Below are positions 40,241 through 52,325 of a stretch of 64,000 nucleotides of DNA, in pieces. Both the position numbers and the translations under genes were made by a program. How positions within the stretch are numbered: position 1 is the stretch's first letter; each line of letters begins with the position of its first letter. The notes beneath the pieces were generated by a model that had not been told where the DNA came from, ran no database searches, and saw only the letters and a list, made by a program, of their open reading frames with translations. Where the stretch lies: contig CAWJSR010000035.1 in the NCBI GenBank assembly GCA_963845515.1, positions 57,236 to 121,235 on the forward strand, in the 5' to 3' direction. This DNA comes from an uncultured delta proteobacterium (GTDB taxonomy: Bacteria > Myxococcota > Myxococcia > Myxococcales > Anaeromyxobacteraceae).

Positions 40241-41155
40241 ATGGCGACACGCCGCGGCGCGAGAGAGCTGGAGCAGGTGGCCGCCGCGCTCCGTCCCGCG
40301 GCGGCCGCACCCGTCCAAACGCTCCCGGAGCCGCTGGCCATGCTGCGGCGGCGCGGGCTCGATCCACGCCGGTCCCACCCGGATCTGCCGTTCGACCCGA
40401 ACCTCCCGGCAAGGCGGCTCGACGCGATCGCCGCGCGGCTCAACCACTACGCCTTCCGGCTCTTCCTGCGCGGCGCCATCCTCCACCGCGATGGCTTCAC
40501 GCCGGAGGAGGCGACGAGGTACCTCCCAGCCGACGGCGCGCTCGAGCTGGCCGAGGGCTGCGTCGCCGAGGGGATCGCCGAGCGGCGGCCCGGCGGCCGC
40601 TACCGGCTCCTCCACCCTGCCCGCTCCTTCGGCGGGACGCTCGAGTGGTGGCTGGCGCGGGAGCTGGCGTCGCGCCTCGCGTGCGAGACCGCCTTCGGGA
40701 TCCGCTCCGGCGCGCCCGGGCTGGGCGGCGACATCGACGTCGTGGCCTCGCTCGAGGGGAAGCTCATCTACCTCGAGGCCAAGTCCTCGCCCCCCAAGCA
40801 CGTCACGGTCGAGGAGATCGCGGCGTTCCTGCAGCGGATCGAGGCGCTGCGTCCCGACGCGGCGCTCTTCGTCGTCGACAGCGCGCTGCGCCTCTCGGAC
40901 AAGATCCTCCCGCTCTTCGGCGAGGCCTTCGAGCGGCTCGGCGCCGTTCCCCCGAAGCCCCGCAGGCTCTTTCGCGAGACCTGGGCGCTCACCCCTCACC
41001 TCTTCGTCGTGAACGCCAAGGAAGACCTGATCGACAACGTCTGCCGCGCCGTCGCAGAGGGGCTGCGAGCGCTGGCGCCGGAGGCCCCATGCCCTACGTC
41101 AACATCAAGATCACCCGCGAAGGCAACGTCACGTCCGAGCAGAAGGCGGCGCTGA
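40241..41155 (+). CDS. Hypothetical protein with a C-terminal PD-(D/E)xK nuclease-like domain
   Basis: TLEW...GGDIDVVASLEGKLIYLEAKSS matches the E...D...ExK pattern. SD GGAGG lies upstream. Confidence 0.7.
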   Translation: MATRRGARELEQVAAALRPAAAAPVQTLPEPLAMLRRRGLDPRRSHPDLPFDPNLPARRLDAIAARLNHYAFRLFLRGAILHRDGFTPEEATRYLPADGALELAEGCVAEGIAERRPGGRYRLLHPARSFGGTLEWWLARELASRLACETAFGIRSGAPGLGGDIDVVASLEGKLIYLEAKSSPPKHVTVEEIAAFLQRIEALRPDAALFVVDSALRLSDKILPLFGEAFERLGAVPPKPRRLFRETWALTPHLFVVNAKEDLIDNVCRAVAEGLRALAPEAPCPTSTSRSPAKATSRPSRRRR

Positions 41156-41295
41156 TCCGCGGCGTGACGGAGCTGCTGCGCGACACGCTCGGCAAGAACC
41201 CGGCGACCACGTTCGTGATCATCGAGGAGGTGGACACCGACAACTACGGCATCGGCGGGGAGTCGATCACGGTGCGGCGGAAGAAACGGGGATGA
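41089..41295 (+). CDS. 4-oxalocrotonate tautomerase family protein
   Basis: MPYVNIKITREG (catalytic Pro1), EQKAALIRGVT and EEVDTDNYGIGG; 68 aa. Confidence 0.9.
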   Translation: MPYVNIKITREGNVTSEQKAALIRGVTELLRDTLGKNPATTFVIIEEVDTDNYGIGGESITVRRKKRG

Positions 41296-42106
41296 ACTCG
41301 GCACCATCCTCGTCTCTCTCCGCGCAGGAGTCCGGCAGTGGGGCCGCCTTCCGGGGCTTCGCGACGATCCCCTTCCGCTTTGCAGCGCGCTCGATCACGA
41401 GGTCGAGGCCCGCCTCCAGGATGGCCTCGAGGTCGGCGCCCGCGTGGGAGTGGGAGAGGGCGTCCTTCGCGGCCTCCACCTTCTCCATGAACCGCTTCGA
41501 CACCGTCATGTGAAGCCGGCGCAGGTCCGCCGTCAGCGGCTCCGCCTCGGCGTGGGGTGGTGGGACGGGGCGCCGGACCGACACTGTGGCACTCCTCACC
41601 AGGGCGGGGGCGGCCAGCGTCGCAAGGAGTTCAACGGTTGAACTGGAGGAGGAGTGCGGAACGGGGTTTGCGCCCATGAAGATGGGCATCGCCGTCACCA
41701 CCGTTCGGGTAGGTACCGCCTCGGCCGGGCGGAGCTCTGCCGAGACCGCCTTCGCCTCCTGCCGGGAGCAGTGAAAGAACCGGGGAAGTACCTCCTCCTG
41801 GTTCTCGAGCGTCACCACCCTGGCCAGTTCGATGATGCTCGTGATGCAGAGGCGGCCGTCCCGAAGCGGCTGGGCGACTGCTGGAACCCGCTGGATGAGC
41901 TCTGCAGCAGTCTTCCGATAATGGGCCGCTCCCTTGGACATCCCCAGCTCGCGGTTCAGGTAGTGGAAAAGGCTGGAGTAGCCGAACTCGACCCACAGAC
42001 GTCGGCGGTCGAAGTCGGCGAGGGCGAGAAGGAAATCGGCCATCGCCCCGTGCTCGCGGCGAAGAAGCGCGAGGAGGCGGGAAGAGAGTTCGCGTGCGTT
42101 GTCCAT
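41267..42106 (-). pseudogene. DUF222/13E12-type (HNH-endonuclease-associated) protein lacking its C-terminal HNH domain
   Basis: REHGAMADFLLALADFDRRRLW..GYSSLFHYL..ELGMS, PLRDGRLC and AKDALSH resemble multicopy myxobacterial HNH proteins (recognised from memory). No CxxC/HNH motif precedes the stop. Confidence 0.65.
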
Positions 42107-42602
42107 GCACGACAGTGTCTCACTGAAGTTGGCACCCTCCGTGAACGCACGCATTCGGTCTCTGGCGCGAGTTCCGGAGCGCGGGCTTTTGCCTCCGAAG
42201 CCAAGGTCCTCGCGCTGCGAGGAAGGTGCCCAGCGCTGCGTGACGCGCGTCTCCGATCGACGCCGACAAGCGAAGCGCGGCTTGGGCGAGATCACGTCAA
42301 GTGAAGTTCACCGCGACCATTGCGGCTTGTTGCCGCGGTGGTCAGCCTCCACGCGAAAGGGCCGCCCGGCCCGCTCGAACCCCCGCCGCGCCCCGGGACG
42401 CGTCAGCTTCGGCGAGCGGTCGCCGGGAGTCGGGCGCAGGCGCCTGCGCTCCCCGTGATGAGCCGCTCCTGGTGCGGCAACGGCCCTGGCGGAGGACGGC
42501 GCGACGCACGTCGCGCCCCTGCCGCGTAGCCGTCCGCGGCGATGTGACTCTCCCGTGGGGGCTGGGCGGATTCACTGTTCGCCAACTCCGTCCGACGGCC
42601 GG

Positions 42603-44663
42603 CTAGGAGCGACCTCCCGGCAACCCCAGCGCCACCAGCTCGGCCACGTCCATCGCCTTCAGCGTGTCGTCCTTGCCCAGCTCGGCGATCCCGTCCTTCA
42701 CCATGGTCAGGCAGAAGGGGCACGCCGTCGCGACCACGCCGCCCGACGGGCCGAGCGTCGCCGCGGCCTCCTCGACCCGCTCCTGGTTGATGCGCGTCCC
42801 GAGCTTCTCCTCGAGCCACATCCGTCCGCCGCCGGCGCCGCAGCAGAACCCCTGCCGCCGGCTGCGCTCCATCTCCACCGGCGCGATGCCCGCCGAAGCC
42901 AGCGCGGCGCGCGGCTCCTCGTAGATCCCGTTCCAGCGCCCCAGGTAGCAGGGGTCGTGGTACGTGACCGCCGCGCCCAGCGCCGCGCCGGCCGCGGCGG
43001 ACGGGAGCCGCCCCTCCTCCACGAGCCTCGCGATGAGCTGCGCGTGGTGGACCACCTCGTAGCGCCCGCCGAAGTCCGGCAGCTCGTTGGCGATGGTGTT
43101 GAGGCAGTGCGGGCACTGCACCAGGATCTTCGTCACCCCGTGCCGGCCGAAGGTCTCTACCAGCGCCGCCGCCTGGAGCTGGAAGAGGTACTCGTTGCCC
43201 AGCCGCCGCGCGGCGTCGCCCGTGCAGGTCTCCTCGTCCCCCAGGATCGCGAAGGAGACCTTCGCCGCGCGCAGGAGCTTCACGATGGCGCGCGAGACCT
43301 TCTGCTGCCGATCGTCGTACGCACCGGCGCAGCCGACGAAGAAGAGCCACTCGAAGGGCCCGCCGGCGGAGGCGCGAGGCAGATCGAGATCGGCGCACCA
43401 GTCGGTCCGCCGGTTGGAGCCGATGCCCCACGGGTTCCCCTGCGTCTCGATCCCCTTGAAGATGCGCGCCGCCTCGTCCGGCATCGCCGCGTCCACCTGG
43501 ACCGCCTGCCTGCGCAGATCCACGAGTCGCGGCACGTTCTCGATGAGGACCGGGCAGGCCACCTCGCACCAGCCGCACGCCGTGCAGGCCCAGAAGGTGT
43601 CGGGCTGGATGACGGTCGAGAGGGCGGGGAGCTTCGCGACGGCCGCCTCGCGCGCGGCGGCGTCGGCTGCGCGGGCCACCTCCGTGAGCGACGGCCCCAC
43701 GTCGAGGAGGTGGCGGCGCAGCGTCCGGTTCACCTCCTTGTGCGAGAGCGGCTTGCCGGTGACGACGGTCGGGCAGCGGGTCTCGCAGCGCCCGCACTCG
43801 GTGCAGGAGAGGACGTCCCAGCCCTCCTTCCACGAGAGATCCTTCGCCGTCGCGGTCCCGAAGCGCGCGTCCTCCGCCTCGAGGTCCAGCTTCGCGAGCC
43901 GTGCCTCCGGCGGCAGCCGGCGGAAGAAGACGTTCGGCAGCGCGGTGACGACGTGGAAGTGCTTGCCGAACGGGAGGAAGACCAGGAAGACGAGGACGAG
44001 CACCAGGTGCAGGAGGATCGAGATCGCCGCCAGCACGTCCAGCCCCTCCGAGGACGGCGCGAGCGCGGCGAGCCCCATCCCGGCCGACGACCCGAGCGGC
44101 GCGAGCGGATCGAAGGCCATGGCGGCCCCTTCGTCCCTGGCGACCATCAGGTGGAGCGAGCCGTCGAGGAGCGCCTCCGTGACCATCAGGCCGAGGATGA
44201 GCCCGAGGATGAAGGTCCCCTCCCAGGAGCGCGTCACGCGCGCCGGCCTCGTCACGAGTCGCCTCCAGAGGAAGCCCAGCGCCCCGAAGATCGCGGCGAG
44301 GACGGCGAGGTCCTTCAGGAAGAGGTAGACGCGCGCCGGCCCCGAGCGCGCCCAGAAGCCGGGCAACTCGAAGCCGGTGGCCGCCGCGAAGAGCGTCGCG
44401 GTCCGGTACGAGAGGACGAGGAACGCGGCGAAGACGAGGACGTGGAGCACGCCGGAGAGCCGCTCCTCGGGATCGACGAGCCTGCGCTGCAGGAGGCCGA
44501 ACCGGAGGAGCGACGCGCCACGCTCGCCGCGGCGGTCGCAGCGGTCGTCCCGCCGGAGCGCCCGCAGCGGCGCGACCCGCCGCCAGACGGCGTGGGCGAA
44601 CAGGCCGAGCGCGGCCGCCAGCATCGCTGCGACGAGGGGCGTCACCGGGGCGGAATCGGCCAT
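42603..44663 (-). CDS. Membrane-bound heterodisulfide-reductase-like Fe-S oxidoreductase (FadF/EMO-like: TM domain + 2x4Fe-4S + 2 CCG domains)
   Basis: TM helices with His ([15 protein letters not shown]); CTECGRC...CP, CTACGWC...CP; CTGD, CPHC, YHDPC, CCGAGGG and CPFC. Confidence 0.88.
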   Translation of the reverse strand: MADSAPVTPLVAAMLAAALGLFAHAVWRRVAPLRALRRDDRCDRRGERGASLLRFGLLQRRLVDPEERLSGVLHVLVFAAFLVLSYRTATLFAAATGFELPGFWARSGPARVYLFLKDLAVLAAIFGALGFLWRRLVTRPARVTRSWEGTFILGLILGLMVTEALLDGSLHLMVARDEGAAMAFDPLAPLGSSAGMGLAALAPSSEGLDVLAAISILLHLVLVLVFLVFLPFGKHFHVVTALPNVFFRRLPPEARLAKLDLEAEDARFGTATAKDLSWKEGWDVLSCTECGRCETRCPTVVTGKPLSHKEVNRTLRRHLLDVGPSLTEVARAADAAAREAAVAKLPALSTVIQPDTFWACTACGWCEVACPVLIENVPRLVDLRRQAVQVDAAMPDEAARIFKGIETQGNPWGIGSNRRTDWCADLDLPRASAGGPFEWLFFVGCAGAYDDRQQKVSRAIVKLLRAAKVSFAILGDEETCTGDAARRLGNEYLFQLQAAALVETFGRHGVTKILVQCPHCLNTIANELPDFGGRYEVVHHAQLIARLVEEGRLPSAAAGAALGAAVTYHDPCYLGRWNGIYEEPRAALASAGIAPVEMERSRRQGFCCGAGGGRMWLEEKLGTRINQERVEEAAATLGPSGGVVATACPFCLTMVKDGIAELGKDDTLKAMDVAELVALGLPGGRS

Positions 44664-44800
44664 GCAGACGCGACGTTAGCGGTGGACCGCGGACGGGGCA
44701 AGCCGCCGGGGCGGGGCGCGGCGCACGGTCGGGCCGCCCTTGACCGGACGGATTTGCTACAGTCTGGCTCAGCCACACCCCGGTTCACCCCGAGGAAATC

Positions 44801-45610
44801 GTGGAAACGCAGAAGGTCTTCGTCGCCGGCCACCCGATGGCCTACCACCGCTCCGGCCGCGGCGAGACCGTGCTGCTCGTGCACGGGACCCTCACGCACT
44901 CCGTCATCTGGGAGGAGCTCGTCCCCAGCCTCTCCGAGCGGCGGCAGGTCGTGGTCGTGGATCTGCTGGGCTGTGGCGACTCGCCCAACCCGCACCGGCT
45001 GTCGCTCTCCGCGAAGGCGCAGGCGGAGTACGTGGCGGAGCTGGTGCAGTGGCTCGGCATCGGCCCGGTCCACGTCGTCGGCCACGAGGTGGGCGGCGCG
45101 GTCGGCCAGCTCCTCGCGGTGAGCCACCCGAAGCTGGTCCGGTCGCTGACGCTCGTGAACTCGGTCGCCGGCGAGCTCTGGCCGGTCTGGCCGATCACCG
45201 CGCTCCGGCTGCCGATCGCCCGCCAGCTCTTCCTGTCGCTCTGCGACACCGTGGTCGGCGAGTGGCTCGTCCGGAGCGCCCTCCATCACCGCGAGAAGGC
45301 GACGCCGGCGCTGGTGGGTGCCCTGCGCAACCCGCTCCAGACGCTCGCGGGGCGCCGCGCTGCGATCGACTTCGCGCGCAGCCTCGACAGCGCGGAGCTC
45401 ACCTCGATCGCGCCGGAGCTCGGCCGGCTGGACATCCCGGTGAAGATCGTCTGGGGCGCCGCCGACCGCTACCTGCCCGCCGAGACGCCCGCGCGGCTGC
45501 TCGCGGCGATGCCGACCGCGACCATGCACCGGATCGAGACCGCGGGTCACCTCGTCCCGATCGACGAGCCTGAACGGCTGGTGGAGATCATGCTGGACGG
45601 CGCCCGGTAG
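44801..45610 (+). CDS. Alpha/beta fold hydrolase
   Basis: LLVHG, DLLGCGDS, GHEVGG, VWGAAD and AGHLVP. Confidence 0.85.
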   Translation: METQKVFVAGHPMAYHRSGRGETVLLVHGTLTHSVIWEELVPSLSERRQVVVVDLLGCGDSPNPHRLSLSAKAQAEYVAELVQWLGIGPVHVVGHEVGGAVGQLLAVSHPKLVRSLTLVNSVAGELWPVWPITALRLPIARQLFLSLCDTVVGEWLVRSALHHREKATPALVGALRNPLQTLAGRRAAIDFARSLDSAELTSIAPELGRLDIPVKIVWGAADRYLPAETPARLLAAMPTATMHRIETAGHLVPIDEPERLVEIMLDGAR

Positions 45611-45797
45611 CGTCGAAAAGAGGCTCGGATTCGTCCACTTTCGAGCGCTGCGCGACGGCCTCGCGGACCCGGATCAACTTCTTGACATGCCCGCACGGGT
45701 CGCAGCATGGTGCACATCCTGCGGCGCTCATCCTTTGTGCACTGCGTCGCGATTCTCGACTTTTTCAGCTGCCAATCCACGAAGAAGGGAAAGCCTA

Positions 45798-46460
45798 ATG
45801 CGACTGTTCTCGGACTCGATCGGAAGAAAGGCGGTCATGGCGGTCACGGGCCTGTTGATGGTCCTGTTCGTCGTCGGCCACCTGCTGGGTAACCTCACCA
45901 TCTTCGCCGGGCCCAACGGCATCAACTCGTACGCGGAGCACCTCCACGCGCTCCCGCCGGTGGTGTGGGGCACCCGGATCGTGATGGGGCTGGCCGTCAT
46001 CTTCCACATCATCCTGTCCATCCAGATCACGCTCGAGAACTGGGCGGCGAAGCCCGACAAGTACGCGGTCAAGAAGTCGCTGCGCGCCACGTTCGCCAGC
46101 AAGAACATGATCTGGACCGGCGTGCTGCTGGGCGCCTTCATCGTCTACCACCTGCTGCACTTCACCTTCCGCGTGACGCCGAACCTCGTGCTCGGAACCG
46201 ACGCGCTCGGCCGCTTCGACGTCTACACGATGGTCGTGCTCAGCCTCGCCGGCGCCCTGATCGGCATCATCTACATCGCCGCGATGGCCGCGCTCTTCCT
46301 CCACCTCTCGCACGGCGTCCAGAGCCTCTTCCAGACGCTCGGCCTCAGCACCGCCAAGCTGCTCCCGAAGTACGGCACCTTCGGCACGGTGCTCTCGGGG
46401 CTCTTCTTCGCTGGCTTCGCGGCCATCCCCGCGGTCATCCTCGTTGGCATCCTCAAGTAA
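45798..46460 (+). CDS. sdhC: Succinate dehydrogenase/fumarate reductase cytochrome b subunit
   Basis: [18 protein letters not shown], several heme-ligating His and HLSHG. Confidence 0.92.
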   Translation: MRLFSDSIGRKAVMAVTGLLMVLFVVGHLLGNLTIFAGPNGINSYAEHLHALPPVVWGTRIVMGLAVIFHIILSIQITLENWAAKPDKYAVKKSLRATFASKNMIWTGVLLGAFIVYHLLHFTFRVTPNLVLGTDALGRFDVYTMVVLSLAGALIGIIYIAAMAALFLHLSHGVQSLFQTLGLSTAKLLPKYGTFGTVLSGLFFAGFAAIPAVILVGILK

Positions 46461-46470
46461 GGACGACACA

Positions 46471-48386
<1,916 letters not shown>

Positions 48387-48387
<1 letters not shown>

Positions 48388-49190
48388 TGAGCGCGCAAGC
48401 TACCGGACACGAGACGATGAACCTCAAGCTGATCGTCTGGCGCCAGGCCGGCCCGCAGGCGCCTGGGCGTTTCGAGACCTACGAGGCCAAGAACATCACT
48501 CCGCACCACTCCTTCCTGGAGATGCTGGACGTGGTGAACGAGGACCTCATCAAGGCGGGCAAGGACCCGATCACGTTCGACCACGACTGCCGCGAGGGGA
48601 TCTGCGGCATGTGCTCCGCGGTCGTCAACGGCGTCCCGCACGGCGGGCAGCAGCGCACCACGCTCTGCCAGCTGCACATGCGGAAGTTCAAGGACGGCGA
48701 CGTGATCTACCTCGAGCCCTGGCGGGCTCGCGCCTTCCCGCTCATCCGCGACCTCATGGTCGACCGCGGCGCCCTGGACAAGCTGATCCAGGCGGCCGGC
48801 TGGGTCTCCTGCCACACCGGCGGGGTGCCTGACGGCAACGCGACCCCGATCCCGAAGCGCAACGCCGAGTACGCGATGGACGCCGCCGAGTGCATCGGCT
48901 GCGGCGCGTGCGTGGCGGCCTGCCCCAACGGCGCGGGCATGCTCTTCGCCGGGGCCAAGGTTGCTCAGTTCGCGGCCCTGCCCCAGGGCCAGGTCGAGGC
49001 TCCCGAGCGCGTCGCCGCGATGGTCAAGGCGATGGCCGACAACGGCTTCGGGAACTGCTCGAACCACTACGAGTGCCAGGCGGCCTGCCCCAAGGGCGTC
49101 GACGTGAAGTTCATCACGCGCCTGAACCGTGAGTTCGCCAAGGCCTGGATCCAGGAGAAGGTCGGCGCCATCCCGTCGCAGGAGGCGTAA
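48387..49190 (+). CDS. sdhB: Succinate dehydrogenase/fumarate reductase Fe-S subunit
   Basis: [22 protein letters not shown] and [12 protein letters not shown]. Confidence 0.95.
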
Positions 49191-49220
49191 GCCGCCTTCG
49201 GATCGAGGTAGTCCGTATCC

Positions 49221-49264
49221 GAGACGGGGCAGGGGCGCACGCGCCTCTGCCCCGTTTCCCTTCC
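49221..49264 (+). terminator. Terminator-like hairpin after sdhCAB
   Basis: GAGACGGGGCAGGGGCGC-AC-GCGCCTCTGCCCCGTTTC followed by a pyrimidine tract. Confidence 0.7.
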
Positions 49265-49282
49265 TGGAAAGCGAGAGGAACG

Positions 49283-50173
49283 ATGAGCCTCGATCCCGAA
49301 CTGACCGAGCAGCTGAAGCGGGTCCTCTCGGCGCTGGAGCCGATGCTGCCGAGGCCCGCCCAGGAGATCGACTGGTCCACCTGCCACGCCGCCAACTGGC
49401 GCCGCAGCGCCTTCGCGGGAACCATGGAGCCGGTTCCGAGCATCGAGGCGATCCACCTCGAGGACCTGCTCGGCATCGAGCCCCAGAAGCGGACCCTGGA
49501 GGCAAACACCCAGCAGTTCCTGGCCGGCCTCCCGGCGAACAACGCGCTCCTCTGGGGAACGCGCGGCACGGGGAAGTCCTCGGTGGTCCGCGCCCTGCTC
49601 CACGCCTACGCGGGCCGGGGGCTCCGGATCATCCAGATCGACAAGGACGACTTCGTCAGCCTCCCTGCCATCGGGGACGCCGTGAAGGGGGAGCCCTACA
49701 AGTTCATCGTCTTCTCGGACGACCTCTCGTTCGAGTCGACCGACCCCAGCTACAAGGTGCTCAAGAGCGCCCTCGACGGCGCCGTCTACGCGCTGCCGGA
49801 GAACGTGCTCATCTACGTCACCTCGAACCGGCGCCACCTCGTCGCGGAGTACGCGAGCGACAACCGCGGGGCGATGATGGTCGAGGGAGAGGTCCACCAC
49901 GGCGAGGCGGTCGAGGAGAAGATCTCCCTCTCCGGCCGCTTCGGCCTCTGGGTGGCCTTCCACCCCTTCAGCCAGGAGCTCTACGTAGACGTCACCCGCC
50001 GCTGGGCGGAGAAGCTGGCCCGGCAGCTCGGCGCGACGCTCGACTGGACGAAGGAGGCGCAGGACGAGGCCATCCTCTGGTCCCAGAAGAAGGGGGACCG
50101 CAGCGGCCGGATCGCCTACCAGTTCGCCTGCGACTGGGTGGGGCGGAAGCTGATGAGCGCGCGCCCCCGATAG
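49283..50173 (+). CDS. DUF815 family AAA+ ATPase
   Basis: NTQQF..GLPANNALLWGTRGTGKSS, DDLSFE, YVTSNRRHL, EEKISLSGRFGL and RSGRIAYQF. Confidence 0.9.
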   Translation: MSLDPELTEQLKRVLSALEPMLPRPAQEIDWSTCHAANWRRSAFAGTMEPVPSIEAIHLEDLLGIEPQKRTLEANTQQFLAGLPANNALLWGTRGTGKSSVVRALLHAYAGRGLRIIQIDKDDFVSLPAIGDAVKGEPYKFIVFSDDLSFESTDPSYKVLKSALDGAVYALPENVLIYVTSNRRHLVAEYASDNRGAMMVEGEVHHGEAVEEKISLSGRFGLWVAFHPFSQELYVDVTRRWAEKLARQLGATLDWTKEAQDEAILWSQKKGDRSGRIAYQFACDWVGRKLMSARPR

Positions 50174-50545
50174 GGGCGTCACATCCTTTCGCGTCATGGC
50201 TCCCGGCGGCGCGCCGCGCCGAGCACTGGCAGTCGTGGCTCGCGATGCACCCCTCAGGCGCCCTCGCCGACGCCATCCGGAGCGAGGTCGCCGCGCTCCG
50301 CGCGGTCGCTGCGCGCCCTGGCGGCGCCGAGCGACTGGCGCTGCCCGCTGAGCTGGAGCCGACCGTCACGGCGCCGCGCCGCTCCTTCGAGGGCGATCCG
50401 ATCGAGGTGGTCCTGACCGCCCCCCAGAGCGGGCGACGAGCGGCTGCGCGAGGAGTCCACGCGGCAGCTCATCGATCTCGAGCGGTAGCCGCTCCCATCC
50501 GCCCCTCCCCGAACACCGCGTGGAGCGCAACCATCCCACGCGACG

Positions 50546-51853
50546 CTACGGGCCGCTGCCGCGCACCACCTGCTTGGCGATCACGTCGTGGTTGAGCCAG
50601 CGCACCGGCGCCGACGGCTCCCATGACGCGTCGAACATCAGCCGTCCGACCGCCGGGAGCACCGTCCGCGAGAGCTCCGCCGCGACGGGGTTCTTCGGAT
50701 CCGGGCTCATCGCGAGGATCGCTTCGGAGGCGGAGAGCATCGCCTCCAGCTGCTCGCGGCTCGTGTGCTGTGGCCACGTCGCCCGGTCCCGGAAGGCCGC
50801 CGTGACCGGTGAGCCCAGGTAGGCGTCGGCCCGCGCAAGCAGCGCCTCCAGCGTCGCCCCCTCGCGCAGCAGCGCGCGGCAGCGGGACTCCAGCCCCGCT
50901 GCGGTCGACCCGGCGGGATCGGCCTCGCGGACCGCGCGGAGGAGCGGGTAGAGCGCGACCTCGACGCCCAGGAAGAGCGCGCTCGAGTTGCTCCAGATCT
51001 CGGGGCAGTTGAAGACGGTGCAGTGCACTCCCTCCGTCCAGGCCTCCTGGGAGAAGCGCTCGAGCCTCAGCTTCGCCCAGCCCTGCAGGTAGGGGACGTA
51101 GGTCTGCCAGGTGAACCGGCCGCCGACGAGCACCTCGCAGCCGTGGTAGCCGAAGGCGGCGTACCGGACGCGCCGGCCGCTGGCGCGCAGCGGCGCGGTG
51201 GCGGCCACGAGCCGCTGGAACGTCCGGGCGGTCACCTCCTCGAAGCTCTCCTGCCAGAGCCTTCCCAGGTCGCTCCGCATGAAGGGCTCGGAGGGCAGGT
51301 ACTTCTCGCCCACCCCGCGGAAGACCCGGGTCATGAGCGGCATGTAGACGCGGGCGCGCGGGAAGCCGCCTGCCATCGTGTGGACGAAGAGGACGTTCGC
51401 GCCCTCCGGGATGAGCGGGGCGAGCGCCTCGGCGAACAGCGCGGCGTTCCTCTCGAAGCGGCGCGCGCCGGCCTCCCTGGAGCGGGCGACGAGGTCCCAG
51501 TCGAGCTTGAACGTCTCCCACCCGTCCGGCCTCACCCTCTTCAGCTGCTCCACCGGCGAGGGACCGCCGTCGGCCGGCTCCAGATCGAAGCCGGCTTCGA
51601 GCGGCACGTTCACGATCCGCCCGCCCAGGTTGGCCTCGGCCGCCGCGAGCTCCGCGCCATCCAGCGGACGGAGCGGGCCCTCGCCGTCGCGCCGCCCGAC
51701 CGTCGCACCGACGATCGTCATGCCTGCACGCCTCGCCTCGTCGACGATGCCGTTCGCATAGCCCCGCCCGAACAGCTCGCCGAAGACGACGAGGACGTCG
51801 CCTCTTCCGTAACCTGCCCTCGCCGGCAGCTCGCGCAGTGGGTCGTAGCTCAT
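50546..51853 (-). CDS. Probable FabMG-family enoyl-ACP reductase
   Basis: GDVLVVFGELFGRGYANG, TVGRR, VPLEAGFD, HTMAGG.PR, GYHG, WQTY.PYLQGWAK and NCPEI..NSS; family recognised from memory. Confidence 0.7.
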   Translation of the reverse strand: MSYDPLRELPARAGYGRGDVLVVFGELFGRGYANGIVDEARRAGMTIVGATVGRRDGEGPLRPLDGAELAAAEANLGGRIVNVPLEAGFDLEPADGGPSPVEQLKRVRPDGWETFKLDWDLVARSREAGARRFERNAALFAEALAPLIPEGANVLFVHTMAGGFPRARVYMPLMTRVFRGVGEKYLPSEPFMRSDLGRLWQESFEEVTARTFQRLVAATAPLRASGRRVRYAAFGYHGCEVLVGGRFTWQTYVPYLQGWAKLRLERFSQEAWTEGVHCTVFNCPEIWSNSSALFLGVEVALYPLLRAVREADPAGSTAAGLESRCRALLREGATLEALLARADAYLGSPVTAAFRDRATWPQHTSREQLEAMLSASEAILAMSPDPKNPVAAELSRTVLPAVGRLMFDASWEPSAPVRWLNHDVIAKQVVRGSGP

Positions 51854-51937
51854 GCGTTCCCTCGCTCTCGGCCCGACAAGATGCCCCACGCCGGCCCCGC
51901 GGTCACGCCTTCGCTCGCAGCCGTCGTGGAGGACGGC

Positions 51938-52237
51938 TCAGCGGCAGCGGTATACGTCGGCCTGCGTCACCGGCATGTAGCTGTTGGCCTCGGCGTGAGT
52001 CACGACGTACGCGTTACCGCCCTTGGACGCGACGCGCCGGCGGATCTCGCTCATCGCGCCGAGCTGGTCGTCCGACATGCTCCAGCCCGACCTGTCGACG
52101 CTCTCGACGACCCCCAGGTACTTGCACTTGGACGCGCCGTCCGCCTGGATCTCCCGGATGCGTGCCCGGCTACCGCCGAGCTGCGCCGCGCAGCCTGAGG
52201 AGAGTGTCACCGTGAGCGCAACAGCCATCCACTTCAT
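51938..52237 (-). CDS. Small lipoprotein (DUF4156-like)
   Basis: Own SD (AGGAGG) and lipobox LSSG-C; CKYLGVVE...GGNA...VYRC pattern. Confidence 0.7.
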   Translation of the reverse strand: MKWMAVALTVTLSSGCAAQLGGSRARIREIQADGASKCKYLGVVESVDRSGWSMSDDQLGAMSEIRRRVASKGGNAYVVTHAEANSYMPVTQADVYRCR

Positions 52238-52325
52238 GTCGTCGGTCCTCCTGGGGAAGCTGGCCGGACTATGTGTCTTGCCACCCTCTCCGGCAAGTGA
52301 GCGCGGGTGGTCGAGTGGCGGACAC

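Noticed and set aside
45682..45745. TTGACA plus GTGCACA...TGTGCAC inverted repeat upstream of sdhC as an ncRNA or riboswitch
   Set aside because: There is only a 7-bp stem and no recognisable aptamer. It is a plausible promoter/operator but too weak to call.
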